Shown one piece after another: positions 40,474 to 48,659 of a DNA stretch of 64,000 nt. The notes under the pieces are model-generated. The model was not told the origin of the DNA. It saw nothing but the letters and a program-made list of their open reading frames with translations, and made no database searches. The DNA is taken from positions 736,001 to 800,000 of the forward strand of contig CAVRAG010000008.1 of the NCBI GenBank assembly GCA_963718895.1, in the 5' to 3' direction. Made by a program: the position numbers and the translations under genes. How positions within the stretch are numbered: the stretch's first letter is position 1; every line of letters starts with the position of its first letter. Origin of the DNA: an uncultured Nitrososphaerota archaeon (GTDB lineage: Archaea; Thermoproteota; Nitrososphaeria; Nitrososphaerales; Gagatemarchaeaceae).

Positions 40474-40492
40474 TTGAACAGGCTCCGTTCAA
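40474..40492. promoter_or_regulatory. Inverted repeat TTGAAC-N7-GTTCAA upstream of the DUF4382 gene
   Basis: Perfect 6-bp arms; additional TTGAAC/TGTTCA half-sites nearby. Confidence 0.45.
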
Positions 40493-40651
40493 GGATCGAG
40501 TGCAAGGACGTCGTGTTCAGCTGTGTTGTACAGGGCTGGAGCAGCAAGATATGTCCGGCCTCGCGATACCAGGCAGAGACCTGGGGAGTCCCGCACTGTT
40601 GGTAACCTAACGCTTAGAACAGCCGCCCTCAGGGCGAGCAGACAGGAAAAA

Positions 40652-41458
40652 TTGGACCTGCTCCTGCTTCGGCTCTTCCTTTCATTTGTCATAGGGGGAA
40701 GTTGGGTCACCATCATCACCGAGGCGACGGTGAAGTACGGCCCGAGGGCGGGCGGTCTCTTGGCCGGCTTCCCCTCCACGGTCGCGTTTTCCCTCGCTTT
40801 CATCGGCTGGACCCAGAGCACAAGCGCAGCTGTGGAGGCGACCACCGCGCTCCCGCTGGCGCTGGGCTTCACCGCCGCGTTCCCTTTGGTTTACGCGGTC
40901 TTTGCGAAAGGAGGCAGGTTCCGATTCGCTCTCAGCGCTTCTCTCGCGTTTTGGGGGGGTTCCTCGTTCGTGCTCTCCTTGGTGGCGCTTACCATCGGGG
41001 CGGACTTCGAAGTCTCGCTCGTAGGATTCTTTGTCATCTCAGCTCTTGCGTACTATTTCCTGGCACGAGGCAGGAGACCGAGAATCCCAGGGCGCGTCGT
41101 CAGGCTCGCACCGTTCGATTGGGTCTGGCGTTTCGTCCTGGCAGGAGGGATCGTTGCCACCGCCGTCTTACTCAGCGGGACCCTCGGGCCGCTCGTGGGG
41201 GGCGTATTCTCATCCTTCCCCGCGATCATAACATCCACCATCTTCATCGTCAGGCGCGTCGAAGGGGTGGAGGCGTCCCTCGGGATAGCGACGCCGGTGA
41301 TGGTCTCCACGGTCTTCACCATCGTCCCCTATACAGCCGTCGTGAGATACACCTTCCCGATTCTGGGGATACTACCCGGAACTCTTACGGGATATGCGGT
41401 TGCCATTCCACTCTCCTTCGTCGCGTACTATCTGACAGGTCGCATTGGCTCGAGATGA
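40652..41458 (+). CDS. DUF3147-like duplicated membrane protein
   Basis: GP..GGLLAGFPST and GPLVGGVFSSFPA internal repeats; about 8 TMs. Confidence 0.78.
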   Translation: MDLLLLRLFLSFVIGGSWVTIITEATVKYGPRAGGLLAGFPSTVAFSLAFIGWTQSTSAAVEATTALPLALGFTAAFPLVYAVFAKGGRFRFALSASLAFWGGSSFVLSLVALTIGADFEVSLVGFFVISALAYYFLARGRRPRIPGRVVRLAPFDWVWRFVLAGGIVATAVLLSGTLGPLVGGVFSSFPAIITSTIFIVRRVEGVEASLGIATPVMVSTVFTIVPYTAVVRYTFPILGILPGTLTGYAVAIPLSFVAYYLTGRIGSR

Positions 41459-41489
41459 GGGTCGGCCTCGGCACTGAGAAGAGCCGCGG

Positions 41490-42092
41490 CTATTCAGGTA
41501 CCCTTGCGCCGCACGCCCCGCAGAAGACTGCGCCGTCACGGAGCCTCGACCCGCACTTTATGCAATAGTTCAACGGCCCGCGGCCCACCTCTGAGTTTGC
41601 ATCTGCCGACGGACCTGTGGTCGTAGGCCCGAGCGTGACTGACCCGACCGGTCCGAGCCCGACCACGAAGTTAGACCTCGTCGCCTTGTAGGTCAGACCC
41701 ATGTAGCATCCAATCGCCGCTAGGATGAAACCTATGACGAAGCCGCCCAAGGTCGGCAGAACTCCGAGGAACAACATCACGACCGCCAGTATGCCTCCGG
41801 CCTTCCTCCTGTTCGGCTGTTCTGATCCCATCAGGATGCCACCGACGATTATCACGATTCCTGTCAGTACGCCGAACCCTCCGACCAGGTAGGCTATGTC
41901 GTTGAATCCAGAAGTGTTGAGCGTGGGTACCGCGGTCGAGTTGAATCCCGGGAACCCATTAAGCCCGAGATTGCCGTCCAGGTTGTCGAAGCTCGACGAG
42001 AGTGATCCCACAAGAAGGGTAATCGCCACCCCTGCAAGGAGGTAGAACACGCCTCCTGCCACTGTCAGGTAGACGGCGGTCGAGTTTCGCAA
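41490..42092 (-). CDS. Membrane protein with C-terminal zinc ribbon
   Basis: 4 TMs (GGFVIGFILAAIG), CIKC...CGAC. Confidence 0.8.
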   Translation of the reverse strand: MRNSTAVYLTVAGGVFYLLAGVAITLLVGSLSSSFDNLDGNLGLNGFPGFNSTAVPTLNTSGFNDIAYLVGGFGVLTGIVIIVGGILMGSEQPNRRKAGGILAVVMLFLGVLPTLGGFVIGFILAAIGCYMGLTYKATRSNFVVGLGPVGSVTLGPTTTGPSADANSEVGRGPLNYCIKCGSRLRDGAVFCGACGARVPE

Positions 42093-42197
42093 TTTGCGAT
42101 GTCTTGTTTCTTCGCAGACCGTTGTTATTTAAGGGAGAGAAAGACATCGGCGAATGAACCTGCCGCGGACCCCGAGAAGTGAATCGAGGTCTGCTCG

Positions 42198-42716
42198 GTG
42201 AGTCCGCGCGAGAGCTTATTATCAGGGGAGGCCCAATTTGCAGATGTGAAACCCGGCTCACCCGCTGACGAGGAGAGACAGAAAGTGGAAAGGAATCTCG
42301 AGTTGATGAAGACCTTGGACGATGCTTGGAACGGGCAGGACTGGAAGGTCTTCCGGAAGCGGCACGCCGAAAGGACTGCGGTCTTCTGGCCCGGTCAGCC
42401 CGACCCGACCCGGGGCAGGGACAACCACGAAGCGGAGGCGAAGGAGTTCTTCAAGACCTTTCCCGACAATCACCTAATCAACAACCCCTACAAGATTCTC
42501 TTCGGCCAGGGTGACATGACCTGCACGGTGGCCGACTTCTCCGGCACGATGAAGGGTCCAATGAAAGGAGCTGATGGAAAGACGATCCCCGCCACGAACA
42601 AGAGATTCCATGTCGAGTTCTGCACCGTTGCCCACTGGAGCGAGAGCGGCGAGATACTCGAGGAGAGGCTTTTCTACGACCTGGTAGGTCTGATGAAGCA
42701 GATCGGTCTTGGCTGA
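42198..42716 (+). CDS. SnoaL-like/ester cyclase (NTF2 fold)
   Basis: DDAWN.QDW, FFKTFPD, IPATNK.F.VEFCTV, YDLVGLMKQIGL; start may be 42246. Confidence 0.88.
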   Translation: MSPRESLLSGEAQFADVKPGSPADEERQKVERNLELMKTLDDAWNGQDWKVFRKRHAERTAVFWPGQPDPTRGRDNHEAEAKEFFKTFPDNHLINNPYKILFGQGDMTCTVADFSGTMKGPMKGADGKTIPATNKRFHVEFCTVAHWSESGEILEERLFYDLVGLMKQIGLG

Positions 42717-42804
42717 CTCCCGGAGACCTTCCTCAGGCCGGGAGGTGGATGGGTTAGGACCGTCTCGCCTCAGTTTATTAGTCGGGAGCGGATAGACCCC
42801 TCGG

Positions 42805-43083
42805 TTGTCGGTAAGGATCCACCTTGCGGGCCATTTGGGCAACTACACCGAGAGGAGAGTGGACATCGAGATCCCCCAGGCAGATGACGTTTTCGATCTG
42901 CTGATGAGGCTGTCCGTCATGTTCCCACCTGTAAGAGACAGAATCCTGGATGAGCACGACACGACAAGGCCATATGTCAACATATTCGTCAACGAAGAGA
43001 ACATCAGGGATCTTCAGAACGAGCGGACGAAGGTCAAGGACGGGGACGAGATATACATCCTTCCGTCCGTGGCCGGAGGATAG
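42805..43083 (+). CDS. MoaD/SAMP-type ubiquitin-like protein
   Basis: RPYVNIFVN.E.IR, DGDEIYILPSVAGG with C-terminal GG. Confidence 0.93.
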   Translation: MSVRIHLAGHLGNYTERRVDIEIPQADDVFDLLMRLSVMFPPVRDRILDEHDTTRPYVNIFVNEENIRDLQNERTKVKDGDEIYILPSVAGG

Positions 43084-43094
43084 GATGACTTGAG

Positions 43095-44174
43095 ATGAAC
43101 TCTAGGAATATCGTGATGGTCGGGACGAAGAAGGGAGCCTTCGTCTTCGAATCGAAGGACGGAAGGAGGACCTGGAAGTCGACCGGGCCTCATTTCAAGG
43201 GCACACAGATCTACCACGTGACATACGACCCAAGGAACAAACTGATGCTGGCCGCCGTCGACAGCTTCGTCTGGGGTCCCACTGTCGCAAGGAGCTCCGA
43301 CCTCGGAAAGACATGGAAGGAGAGCAAGAAGCCCCCGAAGTTCCCGAAGGGAGGGGATCTGACCGTCAACAGGGTGTGGCACATCGAGCCCGCGAGCGAG
43401 GACGAGCCAGAGGTGATCTACTGCGGGGTGGACCCAGGAGCGCTCTTCAAGAGCGTTGATGGGGGAGAGAGCTGGTCCCTAAACCGCGGGCTCCTCAATC
43501 ATGAGACCAGGCCGAAATGGCAGCCGGGGTTCGGTGGGCTCTGCCTCCACACTATACTCGTCGACCCGAGGGACCCAGACTCGATGATCGTGGCAATCTC
43601 ATCGGTCGGTGTCATGAAGTCCACAGACGGGGGTAAGACGTGGGACTTCCGCAACAAGGACATCCTCGCCGACTTCATGCCGCCCAAGCATCAGTTTCCA
43701 GTCTACGGACAGTGTCCTCACCACCTCGTCCGCCATCCATCCAGTCCAGACACGATCTATCAGCAGAATCACTCCGGAGTGTATCGGAGCGACGACGGCG
43801 CGGAGACATGGGTGGACATAAGCAAGGGTCTGCCCGCTCGCTTCGGCTTCGCGATAGCGACGGACGCCAACGACCCGAAGAGGGTCTTTGTCGCTCCCGA
43901 GGAGTCTGGTGCGGCGCGCCTTCCTCCGAACGGGCGGTTCCTGGTCTGGCGATCCGACGACGCCGGGAGGAGCTGGTCGCCGTTGGGTTCGGGCCTACCG
44001 CGGCGTTCGTACTACAACGTACTGAGAGACGGGATGTCCTCGGACAGGGAGGACCCTTCCGGCGTGTACTTCGGTACGACGACGGGCCAGCTCTACGGGA
44101 GCAGGAACGGCGGAAACAGATGGGAGTTGATTGCCGACGGGCTGCCTCCGATCTACTCGGTCAGCACGGGCTGA
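43095..44174 (+). CDS. BNR/Asp-box beta-propeller protein
   Basis: Repeated S.DGG.TW Asp-boxes; WQPGFGGLCLH, GQCPH, QNHSGVY. Confidence 0.9.
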   Translation: MNSRNIVMVGTKKGAFVFESKDGRRTWKSTGPHFKGTQIYHVTYDPRNKLMLAAVDSFVWGPTVARSSDLGKTWKESKKPPKFPKGGDLTVNRVWHIEPASEDEPEVIYCGVDPGALFKSVDGGESWSLNRGLLNHETRPKWQPGFGGLCLHTILVDPRDPDSMIVAISSVGVMKSTDGGKTWDFRNKDILADFMPPKHQFPVYGQCPHHLVRHPSSPDTIYQQNHSGVYRSDDGAETWVDISKGLPARFGFAIATDANDPKRVFVAPEESGAARLPPNGRFLVWRSDDAGRSWSPLGSGLPRRSYYNVLRDGMSSDREDPSGVYFGTTTGQLYGSRNGGNRWELIADGLPPIYSVSTG

Positions 44175-44224
44175 CACGGTCGCCGACTCGTGTGCTGGCC
44201 AGACCTAGGGGATTCTGGAAGCGT

Positions 44225-45145
44225 TCACTTCTCCTCGGGTCCGGCAACACTGTTCAGTGCGTCCAGAGAGGGTGCGAAATAGTACGACCCGCTCACGGGG
44301 TGCGAGAAGTCAGTGAGCCGGTCGTGCAGGCCGTCTCCCACGGTACCGAACATACGCGACAACATTCGATCATACCGCGAAGGGTCGGAACTGAAGGCGA
44401 GGAAGTAGACGCCGTGCTGCTCGACGGTCCCCCAGGGGACGTTCCTTCGGAAGATCTCGATCTCTTCCCCGCCGGCGTCGATGTTTGCGCGCGCTATGTG
44501 GGAGTCAGGCGGCTTCCTATCGGCGGGCATCTCGACGCTGTCGGGCTTGCTCCTTCCAAAGACTCGCTCCTGCTCTTCGACCGGGAGCCGGCTGAAGGCG
44601 TCCAGGTCGTGTATCCACTTCATCGCAAGGACGTGGCTTCCTCCCTCGCCCGGCTGACCAAGAGGAACGAGCGCCGCGCCGGCGGCTCTGCGAATCGGAG
44701 GGTTCGCGCTGCCGTCGATGAAACCGGTTAGGTCGCGGTTATCACGGTAGGTGAAGGCCGGTTGCTCAGCAGCAAGCTTCGCGACGTCGCGTACGGACAA
44801 GGTCGCGGCACGAGCGTGGTCCCAGGTCACGTCGGGAGTGCTGCCGCTTATCCATAGCCAGGCGTCGTGCTGTGTTGCCGGAGCCCGGCGGCCATCCAAT
44901 CCTATGATCTCGTGGAAGTCGGCCAGGGTCGAAGGTGCCATCGAAGGAGCGACCTCGTTCCAAGCGCTCGGCCGAAGGGCGATGACCAGGTTTATGCCGC
45001 CGGACGATACCTCGGGAGCGCGGAGTCGCCGGAAAGAAGTGACAGCCTCATCCTTGGTGACTCCAGGTAGCAGGTCGAACTCCAGAAAGTGGTGTGAGTG
45101 CGTGCCCTGGGCGAAGATCCCGAACTGCGGGAGGACGAATCGCAC
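44225..45145 (-). CDS. Dye-decolorizing (DyP-type) peroxidase
   Basis: ATQHD, LTGFIDGSANP (GXXDG), proximal SHIAR, IFRR, YYFAPS. Confidence 0.93.
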   Translation of the reverse strand: MRFVLPQFGIFAQGTHSHHFLEFDLLPGVTKDEAVTSFRRLRAPEVSSGGINLVIALRPSAWNEVAPSMAPSTLADFHEIIGLDGRRAPATQHDAWLWISGSTPDVTWDHARAATLSVRDVAKLAAEQPAFTYRDNRDLTGFIDGSANPPIRRAAGAALVPLGQPGEGGSHVLAMKWIHDLDAFSRLPVEEQERVFGRSKPDSVEMPADRKPPDSHIARANIDAGGEEIEIFRRNVPWGTVEQHGVYFLAFSSDPSRYDRMLSRMFGTVGDGLHDRLTDFSHPVSGSYYFAPSLDALNSVAGPEEK

Positions 45146-45188
45146 GGGTAAAGCGGGCTGCCTCAGCTAATTAAGCAAATCAGGAGTT

Positions 45189-45422
45189 CTACCCACTGCA
45201 GTTGCCTTGGTATTTGCCGTCGACCTTCCTGACGAGGCCGTGGATCGCCAGTCTGCGGACCACGCGAGACAGAACCTCCTGATGGAGGTCTGTGGAAGTC
45301 TTGAGCCGGGTGAAGGATATCGGCTCCGTCGAGCTGCAGATTGCATCGCAAACAGCCCATTCTCTGCTCGTGAGCTCAACGCACTCGTTTGGGTCGCAAT
45401 TCACCGAGGAGCAGACTTGCAT
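45189..45422 (-). CDS. Small Cys-rich winged-helix protein, candidate arsenic-responsive regulator
   Basis: CSSVNCDPNEC N-terminus; ISFTRLK..TDLHQEVLSRVVRRL..HGLVRK wHTH; divergent from arsM. Confidence 0.7.
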   Translation of the reverse strand: MQVCSSVNCDPNECVELTSREWAVCDAICSSTEPISFTRLKTSTDLHQEVLSRVVRRLAIHGLVRKVDGKYQGNCSG

Positions 45423-45445
45423 CAACGACGGACCAAGCGACGGGT

Positions 45446-45458
45446 CTATTTATTGACT
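45446..45458 (-). promoter_or_regulatory. AGTCAATAAATAG promoter/operator motif (wHTH gene)
   Basis: Starts 36 nt before ATG 45422; identical to the copy before arsM. Confidence 0.7.
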
Positions 45459-45563
45459 TCCTGACCTACCACTTAGCACGGCTTCAAAGGTGGGCGAAGG
45501 GAGCGAGAAACATGGAGTGAGCGGTCGTGATGACCCGATTAGTCTTGGGCGGAAGAGTGGCTC

Positions 45564-45576
45564 AGTCAATAAATAG
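45564..45576 (+). promoter_or_regulatory. AGTCAATAAATAG promoter/operator motif (arsM)
   Basis: Starts 36 nt before ATG 45600. Confidence 0.7.
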
Positions 45577-45599
45577 TGCCAGGCGCGCAGGTGCCGAAC

Positions 45600-46358
45600 A
45601 TGTCAGAGCTAGAGATAAGGAAAGCGGTCAAGGAAAGGTATACGAAGATAGCAACATCCACGGGCTCTGACAGCTGCGACGGCGGGAGTTGCTGCGGCGA
45701 CTCGGAGCTGATATCCCTGGACAGCTCCGTCCCCGTCGAAGCCTCGTCGGTCAACGCCGGCTGCGGCTCTCCCCTCACGCTGGTCTCCCCAAAGCTCGGG
45801 GATATTGTGCTCGACCTGGGAAGCGGGGGCGGGATAGACGTGTTCAGAGCATCTCAGGTCGTGGGAGAGAGCGGGAAGGCGATAGGTGTGGACGCAACCC
45901 CAGAGATGATCTGGAGGGCCAGGGAGACTAAGTCGAAGTACGGGAGCAAGTATGCCAATGCTGAATTCCGGCTGGGCGAGATCGAGCATCTTCCGATTGG
46001 GTCGGGCAGCGTAGACTACGTCGTATCGAACTGCGTGATCAACCTCTCACCCGACAAACTCGCCGTCTTCAGGGAGTCCTTCCGAGTGCTCAAAGATGGC
46101 GGCAGCTTCGCGGTCGCGGACATCACGCTTCGGGACGAGATTCCCGAGAGCGCGAGGGCGGACATGGACGCGTGGTCAGCCTGCCTCGCAGGGGCGCTGA
46201 CGGATAACGACTACAGGGCCAAGCTCCTCAGCGCAGGGTTCACAGAGGTCGTGATCGAGCACATATCCGATTCCAACATCGGGGAGTACCCGTTCAAGTA
46301 CTACAGCTCGCACATCAAGGCGACGAAACCGGTTGCTCAACCCCGGATAGTTCGGTGA
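45600..46358 (+). CDS. arsM: Arsenite S-adenosylmethionine methyltransferase
   Basis: AGCGSP, VLDLGSGGG.D, SNCVINLSPDK, WSACLAGAL, N-terminal CC; ars context. Confidence 0.92.
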   Translation: MSELEIRKAVKERYTKIATSTGSDSCDGGSCCGDSELISLDSSVPVEASSVNAGCGSPLTLVSPKLGDIVLDLGSGGGIDVFRASQVVGESGKAIGVDATPEMIWRARETKSKYGSKYANAEFRLGEIEHLPIGSGSVDYVVSNCVINLSPDKLAVFRESFRVLKDGGSFAVADITLRDEIPESARADMDAWSACLAGALTDNDYRAKLLSAGFTEVVIEHISDSNIGEYPFKYYSSHIKATKPVAQPRIVR

Positions 46359-46743
46359 CCAGCCTCTCTATCTCGTCCCTTATCCTCCGCACCTCCTCGA
46401 TAGGCTTCCCTTTGGGGTCCTGGAGGTTCCAGTCCACCAGCTTCTTCTGCATCTGGGCCAACATGGGCCTGGGACAAGCCTCCTCGACTGAACATCCCAT
46501 GGTGACGACTAGGCTTGCATGATTGATCATATCGCTGGTGAGGATCTTTGGAGAATTCGTTCCTATCTCAATCCCCTTCTCCTTCATGGCCTGGATGACG
46601 ACCGGGTTCACTCTGGGCGAAGGGACCGTTCCCGCGCTCGTTGCGTTAATCCCGCGCTTCCTCGCGAACGCCTCGGCCATCTGGCTCCTACCGGCATTCT
46701 CGACACATACGAACAGGATCGAGCCTCTAGGCTGCTTTGCCAT
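46315..46743 (-). CDS. arsC: Arsenate reductase, LMW-PTP fold, thioredoxin-type
   Basis: CVENAGRSQMAE, TMGCSVEEACP, DPKG. Confidence 0.92.
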   Translation of the reverse strand: MAKQPRGSILFVCVENAGRSQMAEAFARKRGINATSAGTVPSPRVNPVVIQAMKEKGIEIGTNSPKILTSDMINHASLVVTMGCSVEEACPRPMLAQMQKKLVDWNLQDPKGKPIEEVRRIRDEIERLVTELSGVEQPVSSP

Positions 46744-47428
46744 GCGAACTCCTCATCCTCCTGAATATTAACCCGGCGCCTGCTCCGCCGATGAGCGGTC
46801 CGACGTAGTAGACGACCTGGTTCTCAAAATAGCCCGAGAAGACCGAGGGTCCAAGGCTCCGTGCAGGGTTCAGCGACGCTCCCGTGAGCGGTCCGATGAA
46901 GATGATGAGAACAAAGAGCGTGCCACCTACCAAGACCGCCTGCTTCGCGGGGCTCTCCAGAAAGGAGGCTGCCGCCAGAGCGGAGGTGACCAGAACGAGA
47001 GTCCCCAAGATTTCGAGCACGATACCTTCGATAGGTGAGACACCCGCGGCGAGCTTCGTCGAGCCCAGGCTCGTGGTCGAGCTGAGGGATCCGAAGGCGA
47101 TCTTGAGTGTGAGTCCAGCGAGCAACGCGCCCGCGACCTGGAAGAGGACGTATGGGATCAACAGGTCAGCTCTGGAGATCCCGGCCAGTGTGCTCCCGAC
47201 GGTGACGGCTGGGTTGATGTTGGCTCCTGAGGTCCAGCCAAGAAGCCTGATCATACTGGCGACCGTCCCTCCAAAGACCGCGGCCACCAACACCAGGGAC
47301 ACGATTGGTGCGAGGCCCAACAGGGAGGCAGCGACGACCGACCCTGGCCCGAGAAAGACGAGCAGGTAGGTCCCGAGCAGCTCCGAAAAGCATTGCTTCT
47401 TGCTGTCAGGACCCGGAAATAGTCGCAA
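46727..47428 (-). CDS. MIP/aquaporin (AqpS-like arsenite channel)
   Basis: Two NPA boxes (NINPAVT, SLNPARSLG); overlaps arsC. Confidence 0.9.
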   Translation of the reverse strand: MRLFPGPDSKKQCFSELLGTYLLVFLGPGSVVAASLLGLAPIVSLVLVAAVFGGTVASMIRLLGWTSGANINPAVTVGSTLAGISRADLLIPYVLFQVAGALLAGLTLKIAFGSLSSTTSLGSTKLAAGVSPIEGIVLEILGTLVLVTSALAAASFLESPAKQAVLVGGTLFVLIIFIGPLTGASLNPARSLGPSVFSGYFENQVVYYVGPLIGGAGAGLIFRRMRSSHGKAA

Positions 47429-47468
47429 GTCTCCCGCGTAACCTTGCAGAAGGCTCCAAGGTAGGGGG

Positions 47469-47480
47469 TACTTATTGACT
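47469..47480 (-). promoter_or_regulatory. AGTCAATAAGTA motif (aquaporin-arsC promoter)
   Basis: Third copy of the AGTCAATAA motif. Confidence 0.65.
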
Positions 47481-47520
47481 AATCTCCCGACCGAGCAGAA
47501 CAAGGGGCAATGAGTGGGCT

Positions 47521-47532
47521 AGTCAATAATAG
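47521..47532 (+). promoter_or_regulatory. AGTCAATAATAG motif (second arsC promoter)
   Basis: Fourth copy, starts 38 nt before ATG 47559; preceded by GAGTGGGCT, like GAGTGGCTC before arsM. Confidence 0.65.
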
Positions 47533-47558
47533 CACGGATCTCGCCCGTTGAGGTTATC

Positions 47559-47990
47559 ATGACGAGCAACCAAGGCAGCCGTAAGCGCTCCATCCTGTTT
47601 GTGTGTGTGGAAAACTCTAGCCGCAGCATAATGGCAGAGGCATTCGCGAGGAAGATGGGGTTTGAAGCCTCGAGCGCGGGAACGGTCCCTTCGACCCACG
47701 TCAATCCGCTGGTGGTGGATGCGATGGGTGAGGTTGGAATCGACGTATCGGATGTCAAACCGAGGGCGCTGACAGAGGAGATGATTCAGCACGCTGACTC
47801 TGTGGTCCTGACCGATGCCTCGTTGGAGAAGGCTATTCCGAGAGGCCTAAGGGGGAAAATGCGAAAGAAGGTCGTGCACTGGAGCGTTCCAGACCCACAA
47901 GGCAGGTCGATAGAAGAGGTAAGGTTCCTCAGAGACATGATCCAGGAAAAGGTCGGTGACCTTCTGAAGGCTTCCGATAGAAATCAGTGA
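47559..47990 (+). CDS. arsC: Single-cysteine ArsC/LMW-PTP family protein
   Basis: CVENSSRSIMAE P-loop and DPQG, no resolving cysteines. Confidence 0.8.
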   Translation: MTSNQGSRKRSILFVCVENSSRSIMAEAFARKMGFEASSAGTVPSTHVNPLVVDAMGEVGIDVSDVKPRALTEEMIQHADSVVLTDASLEKAIPRGLRGKMRKKVVHWSVPDPQGRSIEEVRFLRDMIQEKVGDLLKASDRNQ

Positions 47991-48000
47991 TTGAATTAGA

Positions 48001-48162
48001 CCCAATCAAGAACAGATTCGGAGCTCGGCCTCGGGGACTGTCGAGGTCCCAAGGAGGACCAGCACCGAGGCCCTCACCTGTCTCCTGCGGATAGACGAGG
48101 GCACGGTCGGCGACCATCTGAGGAGGGCAGGGAAGCAAGTCTTCGACGATCTGGTCTCGTGA
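48001..48162 (+). pseudogene. C-terminal remnant of an HTH-10 (Bat-type) regulator
   Basis: Manual translation EVPRRTSTEALTCLLRIDEGTVGDHLRRAGKQVFDDLVS*; no start or N-terminal domain. Confidence 0.6.
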
Positions 48163-48222
48163 CCTCTCACAGGCGGGGCGTGAATTGTCGTGAAGTCAAG
48201 CCGACAGTTCCACTGCGAGGAG

Positions 48223-48576
48223 TCACGCTGATGGCTGTGTGGCGTCGTTGTACTTTTGCTGGCACATAGCCATCTCTCCGCCGCCGGGCAGCTTGATAGA
48301 GGTCACGTAGCCGAAACTGGTCTCTGAGATCGGCCGTGTGAATTCGACTCCCTTGCCCTTCAGTTCCTTGACCGAAGCTTCCAGATCGTCAGAGATGAGG
48401 TAGACCTCGTGGGGGTCAAACTTGCCCGCCGAGGAGATTCCCAGCTCAGAGGAGGTCAGGACGGGGATGAGCCAAAAGTCTGGATCGATGAACGGGTACT
48501 CTAGGACGTCGATGAGAAAGTCGCGGACATCCCTTACATACTCCTTGTCGGTCAATACGTGCAGGTCCACAATCAT
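48223..48576 (-). CDS. VOC/glyoxalase family protein
   Basis: RDFLIDVL, DDLEASVKELKGKGVEF, FGYVTSIKLPGGG. Confidence 0.85.
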   Translation of the reverse strand: MIVDLHVLTDKEYVRDVRDFLIDVLEYPFIDPDFWLIPVLTSSELGISSAGKFDPHEVYLISDDLEASVKELKGKGVEFTRPISETSFGYVTSIKLPGGGEMAMCQQKYNDATQPSA

Positions 48577-48659
48577 CGATTCGTCGCCATGACCAACTTC
48601 GACCGCCGGAGACCACGTTCGAGATAAACCTTCAGTCCGGAGCACGTGCGGAGATTCCT

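Noticed and set aside
44225-44260. Encapsulin cargo-loading peptide on DyP
   Set aside because: The C-terminus (LNSVAGPEEK) lacks the GSLxIGSL motif and there is no encapsulin gene nearby
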